A DNA stretch of 64,000 nt from a virus. This document shows positions 55,996 to 64,000 of this stretch, piece after piece. The first letter of the stretch is position 1, and each line of letters begins with the position of its first letter. The stretch is taken from positions 57,066 to 121,065 of IMG/VR virus record IMGVR_UViG_3300024265_000033; one strand, 5' to 3'. The notes under the pieces were generated by a model that was given only the letters and a program-made list of their open reading frames with translations, was not told where the DNA came from and made no database searches. The position numbers were made by a program, and so were the translations under genes.

Positions 55996-57057
55996 TTATA
56001 AAGTCCCCTTTATTTGAGTTAACAAAGTTTTTATTGCCGTGAAATCCGCGACATTGATAGGAGTTCCTGTAGGAATTCCCAAATTTCCAATATGTGTTTG
56101 AGCTATAAGTGCATCGAGAGTCTGTTCGAACAAGTCTAACAATTCTGCAGGAGAAGCTCCTAGTGCAACTTTTTCTCCTGATATTTTCAATTTACCCGAT
56201 CCATTATCCTGCAGCTCTACGGTATCTGATGCTCCGTCAATAGACGCCTTTGCTCCGCCTGCAGTCTCTATAGTTGCTTTGTCCGCAGCTCCATCAACAA
56301 GGGTTTGAGTTCCTCCAGCCGTTACGATCTTTACTTGATCGGAGGCTCCATCTATAGTGACTTTCAATCCCGACTTAAAGGTCAATGTGACTAATTGGGC
56401 AATACCATCATGAACTTCTGTGATACCGGTTTTTGCAAAAGTTGCAGTGAGCTTTGAATCTGTAAGGCTGAAGGTGACTTTATCTCCCCCTTCTTCGGGT
56501 TCAAAAAAACCTTCTTTGGCTTGGAATTGACCGCCCTTGCGAGTAAGAGTCATTTCCCCGTTTTTGTTGACCTCGAAGAAAATACCATTGTATTCCCAAC
56601 GACGCCTAGGTCCATCTGCTCTTAAAGCACCCGTTTTATCGCCGTCCAAGACACCCGTGGCTCTCCCCACAATAATAGGGTAATCTGCTTTTCCTTGGAT
56701 GTAAGCCACATATACTACGTCGCCGTCCTGTTTATTGATGTCTACTTTTCCGGTACCTGTTACGGGGAATGTGTTCGTTCTATAAATATGTTCTGCATAA
56801 TTATTTTTGCCGCCTGTAAGAGAACTAGCATCCCGTATATTAGTAAGCGCGTGCCCTTCACTGTTACCGCCTAATATGAGGCCATCATACAAAACTTCTG
56901 GATTCTGGCCGCCCCTACTGATATTTTTACGGTCATCGGAATAATAGACCTTGGTCAACAAAACTTTGTATATATTAGAGTCATTATCTTGGAAAGAATT
57001 AGAGGAAGTCGGAGTATTTGCCGACTCTACTGATCCGTCACTTCTTTGTACAGTCAT
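55996..57057 (-). CDS. baseplate central spike (gpV/gp5-like)
   Basis: GDVVYVAYIQG..YPIIVG OB-fold motif, beta-helix repeats (IDGASD..I..AGG), C-terminal HIGNLGIPT. Confidence 0.7.
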   Translation of the reverse strand: MTVQRSDGSVESANTPTSSNSFQDNDSNIYKVLLTKVYYSDDRKNISRGGQNPEVLYDGLILGGNSEGHALTNIRDASSLTGGKNNYAEHIYRTNTFPVTGTGKVDINKQDGDVVYVAYIQGKADYPIIVGRATGVLDGDKTGALRADGPRRRWEYNGIFFEVNKNGEMTLTRKGGQFQAKEGFFEPEEGGDKVTFSLTDSKLTATFAKTGITEVHDGIAQLVTLTFKSGLKVTIDGASDQVKIVTAGGTQTLVDGAADKATIETAGGAKASIDGASDTVELQDNGSGKLKISGEKVALGASPAELLDLFEQTLDALIAQTHIGNLGIPTGTPINVADFTAIKTLLTQIKGTL

Positions 57058-57069
57058 ACCATTCCTCCT

Positions 57070-58719
57070 TTAATTACCTTTTATGAAACTTCCGGTTTCG
57101 GTTAGTGCTCTACTTGCTCTAGCAAACCCACCGAGACTTTGTAAATCAGCTATTTCAATACCTCGGGTTAGTTGCAGATCTTGCTTCCACTCAGTTGTCC
57201 CATTCGCTCCGATAGAAAATTCATCTGTGTAGGATTCAATATAAAAGGCTTTATTGGCGTTATAAGATACATCGTCCCCAAATACTATGGGACGTCCTAT
57301 TCTAATTTCGTTTTTTCCTATAATCGAGGCACTTCCAGATTCGAAAAATATAGCATTATTCCAGTAATCAAAAATCAATTCGTTGTATTCTACAAGGATC
57401 TTTGCGTCAGGAAAACCGTTTCCGGGGTTTGCTCCACTTTCTTTTGCGGCAAAAGCAAAAGTATTGAGACTTAAATGCATTTTTCTAAGGCCGTGACGTT
57501 GCGTACTCCCTTCCTCTAAAAACGGAAAAGTTTTTCCCCCGGGACTAATAGTGTTTTTTAGAATAGATATTACAGACTCGGGGATAACCACTGTAGATTG
57601 CATTGACAATAAAAAATGGTTATATCTATTATGATTATCTTCCCCAGTAGTATAATCTAAGATATCTATGGCGTTTATGTCGATCCTCTGTTTTTTGATG
57701 AGATCCAAATAAATTAATGGGTTATCCTTCATTTCCCTATAGAGCTTGGGATACTTATCTTTCTTAATACCCCAAGGAATGGACCTAAATATAAGTTCTG
57801 GATTTCCTTTGTCATTCAATTCTATAAATAACTCATGTAGTTCTGGCATTGAATATTCTTTTAGCTTTTCCCACGCATTGCCTTTGATGTAATCCAGAGG
57901 ATTAGTGATGGGAATTCTGCATAGGGTTTTTCCAAAATTCCGCAAACCTGTTATATTGCCAAAAAAGGAAGGCCCTGAGTGGGGAATTTTTAGCATACTC
58001 AGCATCTCTTTTGGCAAAAGCCATTGCTTCCCAATTTCAGTTAATTTAATAGCCTCTTTGGTTTTGGAAGATATTCTCTTTTCTGGGGCATAGAATAAAT
58101 CATGTGCCACATCTATGAGTTCTGTTAGAGTGTTGTTATTAGTGAAGGGAAGTTGGTCGGAAAGACCTACAACTGCTAATTCCTCCAATTCAAAGAAATT
58201 GAACCACAAATCAGTCTCTTCATATACTACCCCTATATCTCTTCCCGAAACTTCGAAGTGAGTAGTTATGACACCTTTGTCATCGACTTCCCCAGACACT
58301 ATCACACGCTCTATATAGCAAATGCCCCGTAAGCGTTCTTTTTTTATTTTGTCTCTGTTTGCTTTGGGTAATTTATCGCTAGTTAGGCCTCGTACTTCAG
58401 GCAGGGATAAGTCTCCCTCATTAGACATGAAGATTGCACACCACGAACCGGGCTTTATTTCTTTTTTCCAATCCCTACTACTATCTAAACGAAATGTGAA
58501 AGATCCGGCTGCCGTACCCATATTTTTAGAATAGGTACAGGTATCTACCAAATGATTGCTAATATCAAAAGCTGTAGATTTAGATAACAGGGAGGTAGAT
58601 CCCGTTAGCCTTCTATTAATAACATCGCTTAACCATTTGAACCAAACAATTTGGCATTGGGGATTTACACTTCTTACCGGGTTTTGATTTTTGGCAGAGC
58701 CTTTGGTTGGTTTAGCCAT
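57070..58719 (-). CDS. baseplate hub protein
   Basis: SKNMGTAAGSFTF, VSGRD, ELFIE, FYIES..D.F...LTRG; lies between TMP and spike. Confidence 0.65.
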   Translation of the reverse strand: MAKPTKGSAKNQNPVRSVNPQCQIVWFKWLSDVINRRLTGSTSLLSKSTAFDISNHLVDTCTYSKNMGTAAGSFTFRLDSSRDWKKEIKPGSWCAIFMSNEGDLSLPEVRGLTSDKLPKANRDKIKKERLRGICYIERVIVSGEVDDKGVITTHFEVSGRDIGVVYEETDLWFNFFELEELAVVGLSDQLPFTNNNTLTELIDVAHDLFYAPEKRISSKTKEAIKLTEIGKQWLLPKEMLSMLKIPHSGPSFFGNITGLRNFGKTLCRIPITNPLDYIKGNAWEKLKEYSMPELHELFIELNDKGNPELIFRSIPWGIKKDKYPKLYREMKDNPLIYLDLIKKQRIDINAIDILDYTTGEDNHNRYNHFLLSMQSTVVIPESVISILKNTISPGGKTFPFLEEGSTQRHGLRKMHLSLNTFAFAAKESGANPGNGFPDAKILVEYNELIFDYWNNAIFFESGSASIIGKNEIRIGRPIVFGDDVSYNANKAFYIESYTDEFSIGANGTTEWKQDLQLTRGIEIADLQSLGGFARASRALTETGSFIKGN

Positions 58720-60752
58720 TATTTAGGTCCCTGCCCACGGCCCTGTTTAGCTCCGGGAGTTTTAGGTTTGGCTAATTCTTTGAGTTGTTTTTCTCCTGTA
58801 GTAGCAATTGTGCCGAGCAATTCTTCAATACGGCTAGTTTTTTCTTCCGCCTTCTTGATATCTTTAGTGTGGAAGTTCATTCCAGATCTCCCACCTTGCA
58901 TCATATCATCATACTCTCTGAGAGACTGACTTCTAGCTTTAGACTTTGCCAATTCTTTCTTCAAGGTTTTTTTAATTTCTTCTTGTCGTTTTGGGGTTTG
59001 ACTCGCAATCTCCTTGCCTGTTATTCTTCCCGATTTAATTCTTTCATCTGCCATCTGCTTAGCAGTACTCATTCCGGGAATTATACTAATGACTGCGCTC
59101 AAAATCGTATTTATATTAGTTAATGCACGATTCATTCTTTCCGCAATAGGTACCAATTGACCCCCGAGTTCTTCAGAGCTACTTAATTTGAAAGCTTGTG
59201 TTACAGCAAGAATGTCAGCATTTGAGTCTGCTATGGTTTTTAAGTTGGATATCATTTGTTGCTGGGGAGATTTCATTACTTCGCCCATTTGTTTGGCAAT
59301 AGCTTCTTTTTCAGCCACAGATTGGACTGTTCCACCTTTTTTAGCCATACCCATCGCAGCCAGTGCGGCAGCCGGGTCTTGAATTCCAGTTATTCTAGAA
59401 GCAACTAAACCCTTACCTACAGCTCCCATCCCCTTTGTGGCTTTTTCGAAAGTAGTAGAAATACCTAACATCTTCTTCCTAAAGCCCTCTACTCCTTCTT
59501 CGTCATTAGTAAATCCCAGCCCTGCCCCGGATAATTCTGCCCTATCTTCGGGACTTATGAATTTAGCCATACCCTTATCTAAATTCCCGCCAAAAAGTCC
59601 TTGCTGCATAGCAAATTGAGCACCCCCTATAGAGCCTTGGCCGATTCCTTGAGAAGCCATGGCAGACATAAAGAAAGCAGCTTTTTCTCCAGTAGCTCCT
59701 TTCATGGTTTCATTCAAACCGTTGAATACTTTGGCTGTTTGTTCTGGACCCACACCTTCCATAGTTCCTATGTCGCTCAAAACAGAAAGGGCTGCGTCGT
59801 CGAGTCCCATTCCGTGTTCATTAATATTTGTAAGCATTGAAGACATGGTAGAGAGCCACGGTCCTACTGCGCCCTTCATTTCAGTGCCCATCATGGCAGC
59901 TTGTAATTTGGCAAACGATTTTTGTGCTCCGCCCACACCCATAGTCTGGGTAAGTCCTGCGGCTGCGCCTTGAAACTCTCCGGCCCCTATACCCATAGCC
60001 TTTGCAGCTCTGGCGCGATCTGTAGTAGCTTCTCGGGTACTGCCTCCTCGCCCGAAAATATCCATACCTTGCATCTGTAAATCTCTAAGATTTGAAGAAT
60101 TGATTCCGAGTTGTTGGGCAGGCTTGAACACTCCCGTAGCTTCTTCCCCCCGCATCCCACGACCCATTAGTCCTATTCGAGATTGCTTATTTGCATCAAA
60201 TCTGTTAAAGCCTTTAATCCCTTGGCCTATAGCTAGACCTCCCAGACCAAGCAAACCTCCGCCAAGAAGTCCTCCAGCCATTCCAGCCATGCCTAATCCA
60301 GCACCTCCGATGCCTTTGGCGATTGTGCCCATACCGGGGATTTTTCCCAATAATCCACCGGACCCGCCTTTGAAGCCTTTTCCAAATCTCCCCATGCTGC
60401 CCATGCCGATTTTTCCGCTTGCGCCTTGCACACCGGCAATATCTCGTTCTAGTTTGAGGAGTTGTTTTTTATTGCGAAGTTGTTCTAGACTCTTTTTTCG
60501 AATATCTTCTTGTGAAAGCTTTTGATCTTTCATCTCTTTGGAGATTTTTTTATTTACATTTTCAAGCTCGCCCATGACATTTTTCATGTCTCTTATGGCT
60601 ATCTTAGCTCCCCGGGATACGAATTCTTGAGTTTCTTTGTCAAATAGCTGAACGCTACGCTTGCCGCCAATCTTATCGATCTCACGACTGAGATCCATGA
60701 TATTTTTCTTAAAGCCTCTGGTATCGGCGTTTACTGCAATAGTCTTAGCCAC
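58719..60752 (-). CDS. tape measure protein
   Basis: G/A/M-rich helical 677 aa downstream of the chaperone pair. Confidence 0.7.
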   Translation of the reverse strand: MAKTIAVNADTRGFKKNIMDLSREIDKIGGKRSVQLFDKETQEFVSRGAKIAIRDMKNVMGELENVNKKISKEMKDQKLSQEDIRKKSLEQLRNKKQLLKLERDIAGVQGASGKIGMGSMGRFGKGFKGGSGGLLGKIPGMGTIAKGIGGAGLGMAGMAGGLLGGGLLGLGGLAIGQGIKGFNRFDANKQSRIGLMGRGMRGEEATGVFKPAQQLGINSSNLRDLQMQGMDIFGRGGSTREATTDRARAAKAMGIGAGEFQGAAAGLTQTMGVGGAQKSFAKLQAAMMGTEMKGAVGPWLSTMSSMLTNINEHGMGLDDAALSVLSDIGTMEGVGPEQTAKVFNGLNETMKGATGEKAAFFMSAMASQGIGQGSIGGAQFAMQQGLFGGNLDKGMAKFISPEDRAELSGAGLGFTNDEEGVEGFRKKMLGISTTFEKATKGMGAVGKGLVASRITGIQDPAAALAAMGMAKKGGTVQSVAEKEAIAKQMGEVMKSPQQQMISNLKTIADSNADILAVTQAFKLSSSEELGGQLVPIAERMNRALTNINTILSAVISIIPGMSTAKQMADERIKSGRITGKEIASQTPKRQEEIKKTLKKELAKSKARSQSLREYDDMMQGGRSGMNFHTKDIKKAEEKTSRIEELLGTIATTGEKQLKELAKPKTPGAKQGRGQGPK

Positions 60753-60754
60753 AA

Positions 60755-61168
60755 TTAATCCCCTGTCTTATCTGGCTTGAAATCAAAGTCGGCTTCGGCC
60801 TCTTCTTTGGCCTTAGCTTCCCGCTCTTTCTGGTTTTCTTCAATCATCTTATCCATCCAATCCACATCTGAATCATCAAGTGTGGAACTGATTTTTGCTT
60901 CAAATTCCTCCCGGAAATTCGAGTCCTTCTCTAGTAGTATAGCGTAATACTCGATTAATATATGCTCGTCCGTGTAGCCCTCCCATACCGGGTCCCAAAA
61001 CAATACTCCCCGTTCTTGGCAAATATTATATTTAGCAAATCGGACAAAATCAGACAAGTCAACATCCGACCTATTGGCAGGTTGTTGGGACATGCAATAT
61101 GCCAGATATTTAAGGTTGAAAAAGGGATCTCTTCCTTCCTTATTCTCCTTTTTCTGCTTCTTCTCCAT
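60755..61168 (-). CDS. tail assembly chaperone, second ORF
   Basis: Overlaps upstream chaperone by 29 bp; precedes TMP. Confidence 0.6.
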   Translation of the reverse strand: MEKKQKKENKEGRDPFFNLKYLAYCMSQQPANRSDVDLSDFVRFAKYNICQERGVLFWDPVWEGYTDEHILIEYYAILLEKDSNFREEFEAKISSTLDDSDVDWMDKMIEENQKEREAKAKEEAEADFDFKPDKTGD

Positions 61169-61550
61169 CTTCTTCGTCTTTTCCCCAAACTGTTTCCATC
61201 CAGCTTTCTTGATACTTTTCTACCTCATCGTAGACTTTTTTGACCACATTGAAGTCCTCTAAATCATAGCCATAATCGGCTTCTCTCCACCAAGGGGGAG
61301 TCTCAGAGAGTGTGAATCTGAGGAAGGCGATCATATAATGGAGTTCTAGGACAGAAACGTCCAATGCAAGATCGAGGCCCCCATTTAGCTCAGCTCGCTT
61401 CTTATCGGCTAGGGCCTTTGTTTTTAGGTTTGGAATTTTGAATTTGAAGTCGCCCGAATAGGTTGTACGGGACACTTTTCCCTCTACTTCTACGCTAAAT
61501 TCGTACTCTCTAGAAGGCACGTCTTTTGCCAAGGTCTTTGAATTACTCAT
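61140..61550 (-). CDS. tail assembly chaperone
   Basis: YSGDFKFKIP...LSETPPWW..D pattern; position between tube and TMP. Confidence 0.65.
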   Translation of the reverse strand: MSNSKTLAKDVPSREYEFSVEVEGKVSRTTYSGDFKFKIPNLKTKALADKKRAELNGGLDLALDVSVLELHYMIAFLRFTLSETPPWWREADYGYDLEDFNVVKKVYDEVEKYQESWMETVWGKDEEDGEEAEKGE

Positions 61551-61597
61551 GTTTTCTCCTCTATTATATCAATCTAGTATCTCTATCTATTTCGTAC

Positions 61598-61629
61598 TTG
61601 ACTAATTCAGCCCCTTACGATAATATAAT
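61598..61629 (+). promoter_or_regulatory. sigma70-like promoter of the inserted cassette
   Basis: TTGACT-N17-TAATAT(AAT). Confidence 0.55.
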
Positions 61630-61681
61630 TATAACATGTAGGAGGGTTTGAGTTGATCGACCCTCAACTTTTGGAGGTAAT

Positions 61682-62068
61682 ATGGACACGTTATTGGCGG
61701 ACCCTATGTTTGCCGCTTTTTGTTATTTTTCGGTCGGAATCCTACTTGGGTACTTTTTTAGGGCTGTCAAAGGGCCTAATTATACCGAGGTAGCCATCAC
61801 TCCTCGGGAGATCAATTTGGAGCGTTTACACGCTATCAAAATCATTCCCAAAGCTGTCGCAGCTTGGGACGGGATAATCAACACTGACATGACCCGGCCA
61901 ATCAATGAGTTTTCTAGTCTTGGCTTGAACATTGATTCTAAATCCTACGCCGCGCTCAGAAGGCAGTTTTCTACAGAAGGCTATCCTTTGGAGTTTTTTC
62001 AGTGTTTCGAAAAGGCAATGGATTTGGGATTGGTCAAATATAGACATCGTCCGCTGAAGAGGGTCTAA
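61682..62068 (+). CDS. membrane-anchored hypothetical protein
   Basis: GGAGGT SD; N-terminal TM. Confidence 0.65.
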   Translation: MDTLLADPMFAAFCYFSVGILLGYFFRAVKGPNYTEVAITPREINLERLHAIKIIPKAVAAWDGIINTDMTRPINEFSSLGLNIDSKSYAALRRQFSTEGYPLEFFQCFEKAMDLGLVKYRHRPLKRV

Positions 62069-62532
62069 TGAGCGATAAGCTGAAGTTGATAAGAATACAC
62101 CCTGATGATGGAGATCTCTTTCTTCATGTGTACGACTTCGTAGTCGAGCATCACTTTACCCCTAAGCACTTGATTCCAGAAGAAGATTTATTGAAAGAGC
62201 CCTCTATTGTTACTTATTTTGTTCGAGACGAAGAGGGGGAGGGAATTATAGCCACAGCTTCCATGAAGAAATGGTCGCCGACTTTGGTAGAAATGCAGCG
62301 TACAATCGTACACGAAGCTTATAGAGGTTGTGGCTTGGGCAAAAAACTCGCTGTGGCTATGGAAGAAAAAGCCAAAGAAGAAGGGTTCAAGAAGATTTGG
62401 TCTTTTACCTACACCACTAATTTTCCTATGATTTTCATGAGACTGAAGTTGGGCTATGTAGTTGAGGGATTGTTAAGAAATTCTGATGCTCCGGGCATCG
62501 ATGAATATGTACTGGGCAAGGAGATAAAATGA
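62068..62532 (+). CDS. GNAT-family acetyltransferase
   Basis: VHEAYRGCGLGKKL acetyl-CoA motif A, N...KLGY. Confidence 0.88.
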   Translation: MSDKLKLIRIHPDDGDLFLHVYDFVVEHHFTPKHLIPEEDLLKEPSIVTYFVRDEEGEGIIATASMKKWSPTLVEMQRTIVHEAYRGCGLGKKLAVAMEEKAKEEGFKKIWSFTYTTNFPMIFMRLKLGYVVEGLLRNSDAPGIDEYVLGKEIK

Positions 62533-62780
62533 CGAAATTCAATGAACTTTTAGAACTGAAGAAAGAAAAGCACGAAGAACTAGGAGAGGTATTTGTTCTC
62601 TATTCCGAAGAAGATTCAGAGGGACGCGGTGCCTTTTTTGTAGAAGAAAAAACTTATGAGCACGAAACAAAGTCTGGAAAAAGAGTCAACAAAAAATACG
62701 ACTCTGCCGTAGCTATTCGTATCTCAAAAAAGACTGCCAAAAGACTGGCTAATCAAATTTTGAAGGAACTGGAAAAGTGA
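62529..62780 (+). CDS. hypothetical protein
   Basis: Coupled ORF with AGGAG SD. Confidence 0.6.
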   Translation: MTKFNELLELKKEKHEELGEVFVLYSEEDSEGRGAFFVEEKTYEHETKSGKRVNKKYDSAVAIRISKKTAKRLANQILKELEK

Positions 62781-63124
62781 GAGAGTTCTTACCTCTGCTT
62801 TTTGTATCGGCAGTTATTGGTTTTCTTACATTCCAAGAAGTTGTCCTATACGAGTCCACACACTTCGGAGTATCCGAGTCTGCGCCCGCGCCTACATATA
62901 TCAAAGATATCCGACCTCTTTTCAAACGGAGTTGTCTGCCATGCCATGGTCCCGGCACAGGTCGAAATTGGCTCGATTATAATACCGCCTATAAGAAACG
63001 AAAATACATTAAATTCAGAGTCTTGGCTCGAAAAGACATGCCGCCCCTCTATTGGCAAAAACAGCTTTCTGACGAAGAACGTGAATTGATTGGTAAGTGG
63101 GTCGATGAAGGAGCAAAAGAATGA
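62777..63124 (+). CDS. monoheme c-type cytochrome
   Basis: N-terminal TM/signal; TY.KDIRPLFKRSCLPCHG (CxxCH), MPP axial Met, LSDEERELIGKWVDEGA. Confidence 0.85.
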   Translation: MREFLPLLFVSAVIGFLTFQEVVLYESTHFGVSESAPAPTYIKDIRPLFKRSCLPCHGPGTGRNWLDYNTAYKKRKYIKFRVLARKDMPPLYWQKQLSDEERELIGKWVDEGAKE

Positions 63125-63357
63125 CACGGCTAATATTTGATCGCTGGGGATTCGGGCTTAATCTGTGGATTTGGAAAAAAGTTACGGGAGAAAATCTACC
63201 TTATCATTATGAAGTTCCTTTTTTCTTTATGATTAAATTCAAGTCTTGGGTGCCTTTTTCATTTGGAGTTGTTAAAAAGATACAGGGCAAAAAAGCAGAA
63301 TATATATTTCAATTATTGCATTACCGGATATTTCAAAAGAAATGCTACACAATATAG
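63121..63357 (+). CDS. aromatic-rich hypothetical protein
   Basis: Coupled ORF. Confidence 0.5.
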   Translation: MTRLIFDRWGFGLNLWIWKKVTGENLPYHYEVPFFFMIKFKSWVPFSFGVVKKIQGKKAEYIFQLLHYRIFQKKCYTI

Positions 63358-63360
63358 ATT

Positions 63361-63449
63361 AAAATGGCCCCGCTAATTCAGACACGAAATAGCGAGGCCG
63401 GAGGGAGGAGGTAAACGCCATGAAGAGCGTTTGCAAGCCCGAAGGCTCT
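63361..63449 (-). ncRNA. candidate small RNA with anti-SD segment
   Basis: GGTATAAT promoter (63455-63462), UUCG hairpin, AAACGC/GCGUUU hairpin, ACCUCCUCCCUCC, GC-rich stem plus AUUUU. Confidence 0.55.
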
Positions 63450-63470
63450 CCTTAATTATACCCTAAAACG

Positions 63471-63498
63471 AAAAAAGGGAACCCGAAGGCTCCCTTTT
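63471..63498 (-). terminator. intrinsic terminator after tail tube gene
   Basis: AAAAGGGAGCC-UUCG-GGUUCCCUUUUUU. Confidence 0.85.
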
Positions 63499-63526
63499 AG
63501 AAGAAATATTCATTAGTTGGATTAAA

Positions 63527-63934
63527 TTATAGTCCGCGACCTTGACGACCTCGGAAGTTCCAAGTTCCCTGCCAAACGCCTCTAGCGTCTACAGAGCCTG
63601 TTCCACCTTCGAATTTAACGCCGCTCATTTCATATTCTACTCGACCGTCGATTCGGTTGAAGACCTCAAAAGTGAGTTCTCCTTGAGTGAGCAATTCGTT
63701 AATGTCCGCTGGATCTAGTCCAAATTCAGAAGCGGCATTGCCGTCGATCTTGAACAAATTGACTGAAAAACTTACAACGTGAGCAGTTTCGGCATGTTCC
63801 GCAACTCGTAAATCATCGAGAACATCGATGGGAGTTAACGTATTTTCTTGTGTAATATTCACTCCGGAAGCGAAGGCGACTTTTACCCCATTCAGCTTGA
63901 CGGATGCTTTTGATCCCGATAATACTTGACTCAT
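63527..63934 (-). CDS. tail tube protein
   Basis: SGSKASVKLNGVKVAFASGV...PIDVLD....EH pattern of contractile-tail tube proteins; TAAGGAG SD. Confidence 0.75.
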   Translation of the reverse strand: MSQVLSGSKASVKLNGVKVAFASGVNITQENTLTPIDVLDDLRVAEHAETAHVVSFSVNLFKIDGNAASEFGLDPADINELLTQGELTFEVFNRIDGRVEYEMSGVKFEGGTGSVDARGVWQGTWNFRGRQGRGL

Positions 63935-64000
63935 TTTACTTTCTCCTTAAAACCTTATTAAGCAATTTCTCTACTTGGGGCCAAACCCACCTACCACTCA

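Noticed and set aside
63347-63362. NrdR box
   Set aside because: Only the left half matches, and it is not upstream of nrdJ
1-64000. CRISPR array, integrase/att site, intron/intein, stop-codon recoding
   Set aside because: No repeat-spacer periodicity or recombinase seen; core genes are uninterrupted and of normal length under the standard code, using all three stop codons

Overview
This window is a 64-kb segment of a large, probably lytic, contractile-tailed dsDNA phage of a Gram-negative host. The evidence for a Gram-negative host is lipoproteins, a CsgG-like protein and a c-type cytochrome. No integrase, CRISPR array, rRNA or host housekeeping context is seen. The 1-26.9 kb region (minus strand) holds nucleotide, RNA-repair, recombination and replication genes: HD-kinase, methyltransferase, SLT, RuvC-like resolvase, several metallophosphoesterases, SbcC/SbcD, RecA, Rnl2, dNMP kinase, PolA, primase-helicase, dUTPase, NrdJ and GroEL. 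A divergent control region at 26.9-27.35 kb contains a tRNA-like element. The 27.35-34.7 kb region (plus strand) holds a UvsW-like helicase, HAD, CYTH, ThyX, DNA ligase and a CsgG-like lipoprotein. The 34.7-64 kb region (minus strand) holds an endolysin and the tail fibre, baseplate, tape measure, chaperone and tube genes, interrupted by a plus-strand 5-gene cassette encoding a GNAT and a c-type cytochrome. The most notable observations are: a holin-like gene coupled to a candidate single-chain spanin with a beta-barrel-type C-terminus; a stand-alone HisKA-like protein; a phage cytochrome c; a promoter-proximal pseudo-tRNA; an anti-Shine-Dalgarno sRNA; tandem RNA pseudoknots; and a triplicated ~600-aa receptor-binding module. 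All calls come from reading motifs by eye; no database searches were run.
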